DNA from: a virus
Length of the DNA stretch: 40,475 nucleotides
Reading direction: 5' to 3' (one strand)
Virus record (IMG/VR): IMGVR_UViG_3300032076_000022
Of the stretch, positions 30,372 through 38,284 are shown piece by piece. How positions within the stretch are numbered: position 1 is the first letter of the stretch; each line of letters starts with the position of its first letter. The translations under genes were made by a program, and so were the position numbers. The notes below the pieces were generated by a model. The model did no database searches. It had not been told where the DNA came from and saw only the letters and a list, made by a program, of their open reading frames with translations.

Positions 30372-31790
30372 TTAGCTGATGTCCGCCATCGTCCCGGCTG
30401 AGTAGCCCGGAGCAAACGCCGACGAACTTTCCACCCGCGCCATGAACGCCTGGTTGAGGATGATCGAGCCGTAGAAGATCTTCCACGACACCACCCTCGT
30501 CTGATTCAGCCGATCGCTCTTGTCGGCGCCTGTCAGGTAGAAGAACTCGGGGTTCTCGAGGATCACCTGCCCGTAGCTATGGTTGCCGATGAAGATCGTC
30601 GGGAACACGTTGACGCCGGTTGCGGGTGCAGCTGGCGGGGTTTGCGATACCCCGATGCCGGTGAGCACCACCGTCGAGCCGGACGCGAGTTGCGTTGCCA
30701 TGCCGGCGAGCGGACCCGTGGTCGGCCCCGACGTCGTCGTCGCGAGGTTGACGGGCGAGGCCGTCGTTCCGATGTAGACGTTGAAGACGTAGCCGGGCAG
30801 CGTCGGGAGGGTGACCGTGATCGAACCTGTCGGGCCGGTGACGCTGATGTTGCCGCTGACTTGGAATACCTTCTGCTCGACGGAGGTCAGGATCGGGGAC
30901 GCCGTGACCTGGATGTTGTAGGTCGCGGAGGTCGCGAGCGATCCGCCTGTGGTCGAGGCCGCACCCGTCACCAGCGCGACGCCGGTCCAGTACGGCATCA
31001 TGTTCGTCTCGACAAACCGGACGCCGCCGAACGGGCCGAGCTCGTTGTTGTAGAGGCGATTGATATCGCTGTACGCCCAGGCGGTGTTGACCTGCGCGTT
31101 CTCGCGCATGTCCTGCGCGACCAGCGGATGAATCAGCGCAACGTAGTGCTGCATGATCGCCGGAGACTTCGAGGGGTCGCGGTACGCGCCCGCCTCGATC
31201 ATCATGTCTTCGCGCTCGTCGCCGTTGAAACGCGGCGCTCCGTAGGTCAGGAGCGAGCCGACGATCTTGTTCGATTCGTGCGGACTCATCACGTCCGTCG
31301 CGACGATGGCAGCGCGGTTCGCGCGCCCGTTCGCGAAGTTGACCTGATTCGCGGATACCAGCGTGTTGAGCGTGTTGCGCTCGATTGTCTCTGGCATCTG
31401 CAGCGAGACAAGCTGGATCGCCTGCTGGAAGATCGGATGCTTGATCGTCAGGTTCGCGACGTCGGTGACGATCACGCTGTCGCCCCATTGCTGCGCGGTC
31501 GCGACCACCTGCACCAGTTGCACCGGCTCGCCCGGTGGGGCCACGCCTTCCTGCAACTGCGCGAACGGCAGCGGGAGCCGCTCGAAGCGCGTTGCCGTGT
31601 AGTTCACGCCCCGGTTGGTATCGAGGTGCAGAGGCTTGCCGAACTGGTAGGCGACGAGTTGCCGACGCGCGAGCGGCTCTACTTCCTCTTGGATGTAGTT
31701 CTCGACGTCCGCTTGAAACCCGGGCGAGGTTGACGCATTGACCACGCCGAGCGTCAAGAAGGCGGCGATCTTCCAAAGGAACCTGTTCAT
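30372..31790 (-). CDS. Major capsid protein, N4-gp56-type HK97 fold (472 aa)
   Basis: GGAG SD 7 nt before ATG 31790; the ORF track extends to 31934. LVAYQFGKPLHLDTNRGVNYTATRFERLP..LQEGVAPPGE..VVATAQQWGDSVIVTD matches the N4-gp56 capsid family pattern. A Thr/Ser/Gly-rich insertion domain lies near aa 300-420. Confidence 0.85.
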   Translation of the reverse strand: MNRFLWKIAAFLTLGVVNASTSPGFQADVENYIQEEVEPLARRQLVAYQFGKPLHLDTNRGVNYTATRFERLPLPFAQLQEGVAPPGEPVQLVQVVATAQQWGDSVIVTDVANLTIKHPIFQQAIQLVSLQMPETIERNTLNTLVSANQVNFANGRANRAAIVATDVMSPHESNKIVGSLLTYGAPRFNGDEREDMMIEAGAYRDPSKSPAIMQHYVALIHPLVAQDMRENAQVNTAWAYSDINRLYNNELGPFGGVRFVETNMMPYWTGVALVTGAASTTGGSLATSATYNIQVTASPILTSVEQKVFQVSGNISVTGPTGSITVTLPTLPGYVFNVYIGTTASPVNLATTTSGPTTGPLAGMATQLASGSTVVLTGIGVSQTPPAAPATGVNVFPTIFIGNHSYGQVILENPEFFYLTGADKSDRLNQTRVVSWKIFYGSIILNQAFMARVESSSAFAPGYSAGTMADIS

Positions 31791-31806
31791 CGTGTGCTCC
31801 GCGTGA

Positions 31807-32607
31807 TTAGATGGGACGCCCTTCAAGCCTTTCGATGCGTTTCTGGTGCTCTGTCTTGGCCCCGCTGTTCGCCCGCACATCGGAGCGCACGCCGGGACTC
31901 GCGCCACGGGCAACCCGCGTCGTTGGTTGCTCAATTGGCTTCGGTTTCGTGCTCTTCTTCACCTTGCCGCTCATGATGTCGTCACCGATCAACAGCCGCA
32001 GGACGGCGAGACGGGGGGCGTTCTGGCCGCGGCGATGCATCTCGGCCATCGCCTGCTCGACGCGCTCCGCATAGGCCTTGTAGACCTTCGGCTTCGAGAG
32101 CTCGAGGCGATCGAACGCGGCCTTGTCGGCAAGGTCGACCGAAGCGGCGAGCGCATTCTGACTCTCGCGCCGTCCGGCCCGGATGTTGCGGTTGGAATCG
32201 ATCTGCCACTTGCGCCAGGCGTACTGCTCTTGCGTCGACTCGCCGCGGCGCACCTGGTCCCCGAGTTGCTGGAGCTCGCGCTCTTCCGACTCGTAGTCGG
32301 CATCGCCGCGGGGGACAGGCAGCGAACGGAGTTGCTGCTCCACCGATTCGCGGCGCTGGCGTTCGCTGTCGCGTTCGCGCTCCGCCGTTTCGGCGCGTCG
32401 GCGCGCCTCGCTGACAGCGGCGTTGTCCTCGTTCCCTGCCGGGGGAGGAGTCCCGCCGCCGTCTTCCGCGAGGTCAAGGAGATCGTCAAAAGAGTCGTCG
32501 CCGGTCGAACCCGAATCATCGATGCCCGTGGGTTCGGGCGGCGGTGCGTTCGGATCTTCCTCGCCCGGTCCCACTGCAAGCAGAAAGAAGCGCAGGAGTC
32601 GGTTCAT
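31807..32607 (-). CDS. Scaffolding protein (266 aa)
   Basis: Lies immediately upstream of the capsid gene. Highly charged and helical (AETAERERDSERQRRESVEQQLRS). ATGA overlap with the upstream gene. Confidence 0.7.
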   Translation of the reverse strand: MNRLLRFFLLAVGPGEEDPNAPPPEPTGIDDSGSTGDDSFDDLLDLAEDGGGTPPPAGNEDNAAVSEARRRAETAERERDSERQRRESVEQQLRSLPVPRGDADYESEERELQQLGDQVRRGESTQEQYAWRKWQIDSNRNIRAGRRESQNALAASVDLADKAAFDRLELSKPKVYKAYAERVEQAMAEMHRRGQNAPRLAVLRLLIGDDIMSGKVKKSTKPKPIEQPTTRVARGASPGVRSDVRANSGAKTEHQKRIERLEGRPI

Positions 32608-33107
32608 AGCCCCATGGACCCGATGTTGTTAATCTGGATCGTGTTGTTGCCCGTCACCGTCAGCAGGAACAGCCGCCGGGTGTTGGTCGCGACCGTCATC
32701 GTGCCGACGAGCGTGGTGCTCGCGTCCCCCGCCGTCAACGTCCCGATCTGCCCGATGTTGTCGTTCATGATCGAGATCGGTTCCGCGTAGCTGCCATCGG
32801 TCGGCACCGCGTTACCGGCACCGATGAAGGACAGGATCGAGGCGGTCGAGGGCAGCGTGATGGTGAAGCCGCCGGAAGCGCCCGACGTGAGCCGCGTCAC
32901 TCCGATGGTCGCCTGCAAAGGGGTGAGGTTGATGTTGGTGCCCGAGGTCGCAATGCCGAACCCCGCGGGCAACGCTTCCGAGTAGTTGTTGACGTTGCTG
33001 ATGAGGCCGGGGAGTCCGAACGCCGCGCTCTTGTCCGGCGTCATCCCCGCTGGCATCGGGAAGATCACCGGGAACTTGAGGAAGCGGCGCGGAAGGATCA
33101 GCTTCAT
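32604..33107 (-). CDS. Small beta-rich virion-module protein (167 aa)
   Basis: AAGGAG SD and ATG 33107. Begins MKLILPRRFLKFPVIFPMPAG. The body is Thr/Gly/Ser/Asn-rich. Confidence 0.65.
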   Translation of the reverse strand: MKLILPRRFLKFPVIFPMPAGMTPDKSAAFGLPGLISNVNNYSEALPAGFGIATSGTNINLTPLQATIGVTRLTSGASGGFTITLPSTASILSFIGAGNAVPTDGSYAEPISIMNDNIGQIGTLTAGDASTTLVGTMTVATNTRRLFLLTVTGNNTIQINNIGSMGL

Positions 33108-33117
33108 GCGCGTCTCC

Positions 33118-33978
33118 TTACACTACCGCAGCGTGCGATTCGACCGCCGTGATGGTCAGGAGCGGCGAGAAGATGCCCGTTGCGCCGACGAGGCCAGAGG
33201 TGTAGCCCGCCTGGTATTGCGAGACGGGAACCACTGCCGTGCCGGGAATCGTCGCGGCGGTCGCGGTCCATGCCGTGCCCGTGGTCGGGGCGACGATCTG
33301 GAACGACGTGGCGGAGGTCACCTTCGAGATCGGATACCAGCCCGACGGCAGCGTGCCCGCCGTCACGTTGATGAAGATGACGTTGCCGACAACCGGCGTG
33401 ATCGCGTTGGTGCCGAGCGTCACCGTGTACTGGTTGGTGGAACCCACCTGCGCGAGCGAGGAGAAGGTGGTGCCCGAGGTGACCGCGGTGCCCGTCGTCG
33501 TCGCCAGCTGCGTGATCTGCCACTGGTAGATCCGCACGTTGCCCGCCGCGATGGACGTCGTGCCCGACAGCGTGACCGTGGTGTCGGTCAGCGTCGGCGT
33601 CGCGACCGTGCCCGCGCCGCTTGAGAAGATCTGGAAATAGCCGGTCTGCCCAAGGAACGGGTTCTGCAGGTTGGCGACGATGTTGTACGCCCCGTCGAGC
33701 GTCACCACCACCGCGCCGCCATTGGTCAACTTCTGGTAGAGGTTGCCCAGGTTCGACAGCGTCAGCGCCGCCCCCGCACTGGACGCGAAGTTGTAGGCCG
33801 TGTCCGCGACGTTGAAGGCGTTGATCTGCGCCATCACCGCCTGCAGCGATGCCGCCGGGACCATGTTGCCGTCGATCTCGATCAGACCCCCGGCCACCGT
33901 GGGCTGGAGCACCGTGGTGATCGGCTGACCGATGGGGAGGGAAAGGAAGTCGAGAGGCTTACGCGGCAGCACATTCAT
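33118..33978 (-). CDS. Beta-rich virion-module protein (286 aa)
   Basis: AAGGAG SD 8 nt before ATG 33978. Begins MNVLPRKPLDFLSLPIGQP. The body is Thr/Ala/Gly/Val-rich. Confidence 0.65.
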   Translation of the reverse strand: MNVLPRKPLDFLSLPIGQPITTVLQPTVAGGLIEIDGNMVPAASLQAVMAQINAFNVADTAYNFASSAGAALTLSNLGNLYQKLTNGGAVVVTLDGAYNIVANLQNPFLGQTGYFQIFSSGAGTVATPTLTDTTVTLSGTTSIAAGNVRIYQWQITQLATTTGTAVTSGTTFSSLAQVGSTNQYTVTLGTNAITPVVGNVIFINVTAGTLPSGWYPISKVTSATSFQIVAPTTGTAWTATAATIPGTAVVPVSQYQAGYTSGLVGATGIFSPLLTITAVESHAAVV

Positions 33979-34060
33979 TGACGGACTCCTTCGGAGGGAT
34001 GGTCAGCGCCCCTTGGCGCGTTATGGTGATCCGGTTATAAGGGACTTGTCAAATCAGCGC

Positions 34061-34411
34061 TCAGGGGAATAAGACCCAGTCCACCACCACGGCAGCGGTT
34101 GCCGCCGCATTGCCGAAGATGGTGAAGCTTCCGGACGCTGAGAGCACGCGCGGCACACTGGTCAAGGTCGCGTCGGCAGCGGCCTGGTTGATCTTGCAGC
34201 CGACGTGCGAGCTCGCCTTGCACAGGCTGTTGGTGATAACGACGCTCGAGGCGGCAGCGGCGATGGCGCAGCGGCCCGAAGGCGTGTTCGCCGTCGCGTT
34301 GCCCGGCGCGCCCGAGGTGTCGGTCGAGGTGAGCGCAACGCCGGACCCCGGTTGCGTCGCCGCGAGCGCGGACGCGCCGACGGTTTGGATGTCGGCGCCC
34401 ATGCCGCTCAT
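34061..34411 (-). CDS. Small hypothetical protein (116 aa)
   Basis: ATGA overlap start. Begins MSGMGADIQTVGASALAATQPGSG. Ala/Ser/Thr-rich with three Cys. Confidence 0.6.
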   Translation of the reverse strand: MSGMGADIQTVGASALAATQPGSGVALTSTDTSGAPGNATANTPSGRCAIAAAASSVVITNSLCKASSHVGCKINQAAADATLTSVPRVLSASGSFTIFGNAAATAAVVVDWVLFP

Positions 34412-34785
34412 AGGTAGAAACTCACTTCAAGCTGACCGCTCGCTGCGGTCTGGATGAACTGCAGGTTCGCCGGATCGCCCGCGTAGTCGAGTTCCGCGCC
34501 GATGGCGAGCAGCATGCCGACACTCACGGTCGGCGCAGTGCCGTCATCACGCCAGCGCACCGACGCGGTCCCCGAGTTCTGGATGATCGTGTAGCCCACA
34601 GGCTGATTCAGCACCGTCTGCGGGACACTCTGCCCAGGCTGCACCCCGGGCACCGTGATGGTCGGGATCGTCAGTTTGGTCGCGCTCGCGAGCGAGGTGA
34701 TCTGCTGGTAGCCCACCGGCTTGCGTTGCCCGGTGACCACGGCCTCGTTGGCGACGATCGCGAGGCTAAGAAATCGCTTGAGCAT
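34408..34785 (-). CDS. Small beta-sandwich-like protein (125 aa)
   Basis: GAGGAG SD and ATG 34785, 20 nt inside the end of the protease gene. Contains SVRWRDDGTAPTVSVGMLLAIGAELDYAGDPANLQFI. Confidence 0.6.
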   Translation of the reverse strand: MLKRFLSLAIVANEAVVTGQRKPVGYQQITSLASATKLTIPTITVPGVQPGQSVPQTVLNQPVGYTIIQNSGTASVRWRDDGTAPTVSVGMLLAIGAELDYAGDPANLQFIQTAASGQLEVSFYL

Positions 34786-35236
34786 TTTTCATTCTCTCCT
34801 CGGCATGGACGCACCGCAGCGCCACGTCCGGATGAAAGTCGCTGCGCGGCAGGAACATCACGCGCCGGAAGAATTGCAACAACGCGGGACCGTACCCTTT
34901 GGTGATGACATAGCGATCGGCCTCGAGCTCCTGCAGTTGCGCCATCCGCTCCGCCGCCTTCGTCCAGCACAACGGCACCCAGAGCACCCGCTTCCAGAAA
35001 TGATTCTTCGCGAGATGCCCCGCTTCGTGCAGGAGCACCGCCCATTGCTCTCCCCCCGTCAGGACGAAGAACGACGGCCCCACGATGATGTGTTTGTAGG
35101 GAAGCGTCATGGCATGCGCGATGATCGTCAGTCCCTCGAGATAGAACACGGGGTAGCCGTCGCAGGCGTAATCGTCCGGGATGCGATCGACGCCGCAGTT
35201 GGAGATCGGCTCGTACTTGATGCCCCGTCGCATCAT
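34766..35236 (-). CDS. Zincin metalloprotease (HExxH; M48 / YgjP-DUF45-like)
   Basis: ATGA overlap with the portal stop. LLHEAGHLAKNHFW carries HExxH, and a downstream ELEADRY could supply the third ligand. Confidence 0.7.
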   Translation of the reverse strand: MMRRGIKYEPISNCGVDRIPDDYACDGYPVFYLEGLTIIAHAMTLPYKHIIVGPSFFVLTGGEQWAVLLHEAGHLAKNHFWKRVLWVPLCWTKAAERMAQLQELEADRYVITKGYGPALLQFFRRVMFLPRSDFHPDVALRCVHAEERMKNAQAIS

Positions 35237-37407
35237 CCTCTCCCCGGCATCCCCGGCATGGCGTCCGCCTGGATCGCACCCGGCGGGTTCTGCGCCGGAC
35301 GCGGACCGCCGGGGGCGGGCATCGCGCCGGGACGAGGGGTTCCCGGCACGCCTGGCCCCGCCCCACCCGGTGCTCCGGGCAGACCTTGCTGCGGCGGCGG
35401 ACCCATCGCCATCTCGCGTTTCTTCTGCAGCTGCGCCATGTGTTTCTGCATGTGCGTCTTGAAGTAGCCGACCGGATCGCCACTCATCGCCGCGGCCTGC
35501 ATGTGCGACTGCAGATGCGCCGGATCGTCGTCGGCTTCATGCACGTCGACTTCGAATCCGTTCCAGAGCATCTCGTTCTCGATGACCGGATCCATCTTGA
35601 ACTGGTTACGCTGGTCGAGCAGGATGCGCGGCGCGATCTCGGGACCGAACGCCGTCTCGGCCAGCATCTCCGCAAACGGGCCGACGTCGAGCGTGCGCCC
35701 GTTCAGCATCTGCGGCGGGATGCCCTTCAGCACGTTGACCGCAGCGATCTGCTGCTGGATCCGCTGCATCGTCTGCATGGCTTCGGTGCCGTTCCAGCGG
35801 AAGAAGTACTTCTCGCCCCACTGCGGCGGCGGGATCACCTCGAGCGCCGCCTTCTCCCCGATCTCGCCGCGTTGCTCGATCGTGACCTCGTCGGTGCGGT
35901 ACTGCTGGTCGAACTCGAAGAGCAACTCAAGGAGCGGGTTCAGCACCACGTCCTCGAAGCGCGAGGCGTGATCGGTGATGTTGACCTGCTGCTCCTGCTG
36001 CATCGCCCCCATCAACTGGTTGTTCTTGCGCCCCTGCGGCATCTTGCCCATCATCATGTCGTTGACGTCCATCGACTCCCAGATCTGCCGCTTCATGGCG
36101 TCGGTGATCTGCATCGACTCCTTCCACAACTGCGGCTGCGTCAGCGGTTTCACGTCGTTCGGTCCCACCGGCCACACTGCAGCAAGACCCATCACCAGCG
36201 ACGCCCATTGCGGCGCCGCCTGGGGATTCACCGCCCAGATCGGCAGGAGCGAGTACATCGCGCTGTCCTGCCCCATGTTGAAGAAGTCGTTGAGGTTCCA
36301 CTGCAGGAACTTCACCGGCTCGATCTTCGAGATCCCGAAGAACGAACCCTGGTTGCGCTCCACCGGCTCGCTGACGATCGGAATCTTGCCCGACCACAGA
36401 GGATTGCGGATGATGCCGCACACCTCGTCCTTGCCCGAGTAGAAGATGATCGCCGGACACTTCGGCTTGCCCTTGCCGTCGAGCGGCAGCTTCATGTAGA
36501 CCATGTAGATCAGCGCATGCTTGTCGGTGCCGTCGGTCTTGATGCCGGCGTCGCCCGCGGCCTTCTTCTTCGGATTCTTCTTGTCGCGCTCCTTGTCGGG
36601 AATGCAGAATTCCTTGATGTCGGTGTTCTCGGGCAGGATGATCACGCCCTCGTCCACCATCATCTTGACCTTCTCGCGCGACAGCCGCAGCTTCACCCCG
36701 ACGGCTTGCGCCTTCTGCAGATCCTGGCAGGTCGGCGGGATCACGACGAGATCCTGGGTCGCGAAGTCCACGATCTCCGGACCCTCGTCGGTCACCTCGA
36801 CCTCTTCGGTTTCCTCGTCCTGATCGAGGATGCCTTCGACGTCGAGCTCCTCGCCGTCCATCTCGAGCGAGTTGCTCTCCACCAACTGCGTGGTGCGGCG
36901 CTTCGACTTCGTCCAGTCGACCATCACGTTCCACTGCCCGGTCACATCCCCCGCGACCAGCACGGTGCGTACGATGGACTTGAGCCGCGTCTGGCGGATG
37001 TAGTGCTCGAGCAGGGACAGTTGCGTCCACGGCGTCTTGTGGTCCGACGACACCGCTTCGACATGCTTGTTGTTCGCGGGAAAGAGTTGCTTGAGCGCCC
37101 GCTTGGTGCGCGCGTTGACCGCGTCGCGCACGGCGGGGATGTAGCAGGTGGCGTTGCCGGAGTACTGGGCGTTGTCGTCAACCTTGCAGTTGAAGATGTT
37201 CCAGAACTCCTCGATGTTGTTGTCCTGGTCTTCCTTGTTGTCCCAGGCCTTGCGAACGGTCGTGTAGTACTCCTTGGCGTCCACGAAGGCGTCGTGCTCT
37301 TCCTGATCTGCCCAGTTCTCGATGTCCGGCTTCTCGCCGGGAGTCGCGTCTTCGCCCGCGAAGGCGTCTACGACGTCAGACGGAGGTTGCTTCTTGCGCT
37401 TCGCCAT
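35233..37407 (-). CDS. Portal protein (724 aa) with Pro/Gly/Met-rich C-terminal tail
   Basis: Size and position (terminase side of the scaffold and capsid genes) fit a podoviral portal. The last ~60 aa read GPPPQQGLPGAPGGAGPGVPGTPRPGAMPAPGGPRPAQNPPGAIQADAMPGMPGRG. Confidence 0.7.
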   Translation of the reverse strand: MAKRKKQPPSDVVDAFAGEDATPGEKPDIENWADQEEHDAFVDAKEYYTTVRKAWDNKEDQDNNIEEFWNIFNCKVDDNAQYSGNATCYIPAVRDAVNARTKRALKQLFPANNKHVEAVSSDHKTPWTQLSLLEHYIRQTRLKSIVRTVLVAGDVTGQWNVMVDWTKSKRRTTQLVESNSLEMDGEELDVEGILDQDEETEEVEVTDEGPEIVDFATQDLVVIPPTCQDLQKAQAVGVKLRLSREKVKMMVDEGVIILPENTDIKEFCIPDKERDKKNPKKKAAGDAGIKTDGTDKHALIYMVYMKLPLDGKGKPKCPAIIFYSGKDEVCGIIRNPLWSGKIPIVSEPVERNQGSFFGISKIEPVKFLQWNLNDFFNMGQDSAMYSLLPIWAVNPQAAPQWASLVMGLAAVWPVGPNDVKPLTQPQLWKESMQITDAMKRQIWESMDVNDMMMGKMPQGRKNNQLMGAMQQEQQVNITDHASRFEDVVLNPLLELLFEFDQQYRTDEVTIEQRGEIGEKAALEVIPPPQWGEKYFFRWNGTEAMQTMQRIQQQIAAVNVLKGIPPQMLNGRTLDVGPFAEMLAETAFGPEIAPRILLDQRNQFKMDPVIENEMLWNGFEVDVHEADDDPAHLQSHMQAAAMSGDPVGYFKTHMQKHMAQLQKKREMAMGPPPQQGLPGAPGGAGPGVPGTPRPGAMPAPGGPRPAQNPPGAIQADAMPGMPGRG

Positions 37408-37414
37408 GGCCCCA

Positions 37415-37750
37415 TCAGATCATCTGATCCGAGAGGCGTTTCACCGTCTTGCGCGCCCGCGCGGCCACCCCCGACTGGCGCTTGTTGTGCGCCGCGGGAC
37501 GCACCACCCGCCCGACGTTGTCGGCTTCCCCTGCTGACTTCGGGCGGCGACGGGCGTTCTGTTTCGCGAACTGGAACTGGGCGAGTCCTTCGCCGGGGAG
37601 CGACTTGCCAAGCGATCCGCCCTTGGCGCGCTTTTCCTTCGTGCGGCGGTTGCCGCCCTTGGTGCCCGCGAAGACGTCCGCCCCCGGATGCGTCGGCAGG
37701 GTGACGGCCTTCGGCTTGTGCGCCATCCTGCGGTGTTTGCGCGCGGCCAT
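37415..37750 (-). CDS. Hyper-basic disordered protein (111 aa)
   Basis: ATG 37750. I count 15 R and 13 K against 6 D/E. Begins MAARKHRRMAHKPKAV. Confidence 0.6.
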   Translation of the reverse strand: MAARKHRRMAHKPKAVTLPTHPGADVFAGTKGGNRRTKEKRAKGGSLGKSLPGEGLAQFQFAKQNARRRPKSAGEADNVGRVVRPAAHNKRQSGVAARARKTVKRLSDQMI

Positions 37751-37752
37751 GC

Positions 37753-38016
37753 TCAGATCACCGTATCGTGACTGAACTTGCCCCGCTTCTGGGTCGACGC
37801 GCGGCGCGCGGTCTTCGCTGCGGTTCGGATCGGGCGGTTGCCACTCTGCACCGTGGTGTTGGCCTTGTCACGGCCCATGCCCCCGCCCGTGCTGCCCTTC
37901 TTCGTGTTGCGGTGATGATCCTCGCGGAACACCGTCGCGGTGGGCACCTTGGCGTGCGGCCCGGAGGGAGGTTTCTTCCCGCGCCCGTGATGCTTCGGCC
38001 CATGCCGTCGCTTCAT
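37753..38016 (-). CDS. Hyper-basic disordered protein (87 aa as called)
   Basis: GGAGGA lies 5 nt before ATG 38016 (MKRRHGPKHHGRGKKPPSG). In-frame alternative ATGs at 38022, 38031 and 38037. I count 11 K, 11 R and 7 H. Confidence 0.55.
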   Translation of the reverse strand: MKRRHGPKHHGRGKKPPSGPHAKVPTATVFREDHHRNTKKGSTGGGMGRDKANTTVQSGNRPIRTAAKTARRASTQKRGKFSHDTVI

Positions 38017-38045
38017 GGTCATCCTCCGCATCGCCATCGAGGCGC

Positions 38046-38219
38046 CTACTGCTTCGACAGCGTCTTGCGCCCGTAGACCTCTTCGCGCATCTTCCCGCTC
38101 TTCAGCACATCGGGGATCCGCGTCGGCGTGCCGTGCGTGCCGCCCTGCTGCTTGCACTCGAAGAACTCGACCGGATTCTGCGTCGGCGCCTTCTTCGGCA
38201 TATCGCGAGAGACTGCCAT
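38046..38219 (-). CDS. Small hypothetical protein (57 aa)
   Basis: GAGGAG SD about 6 nt before ATG 38219. Begins MAVSRDMPKKAPTQNPVEFFECKQQGGTHG. The ORF track extends upstream to 38408. Confidence 0.55.
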   Translation of the reverse strand: MAVSRDMPKKAPTQNPVEFFECKQQGGTHGTPTRIPDVLKSGKMREEVYGRKTLSKQ

Positions 38220-38284
38220 GGGAACTCCTCGGTTAGAACCAGGGGCGATAACGCGGGCATCATGCGCGCGGGGTTTCCGGCATG

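Noticed and set aside
33979-34060. TTGACA and TTATAA-like elements in the 82-bp gap inside the late operon might form an internal promoter.
   Set aside because: The two hexamers are only 6 nt apart. No properly spaced -10 exists for the TTGACA, and the nearby hairpin lacks a U-tract. Not called as a feature.
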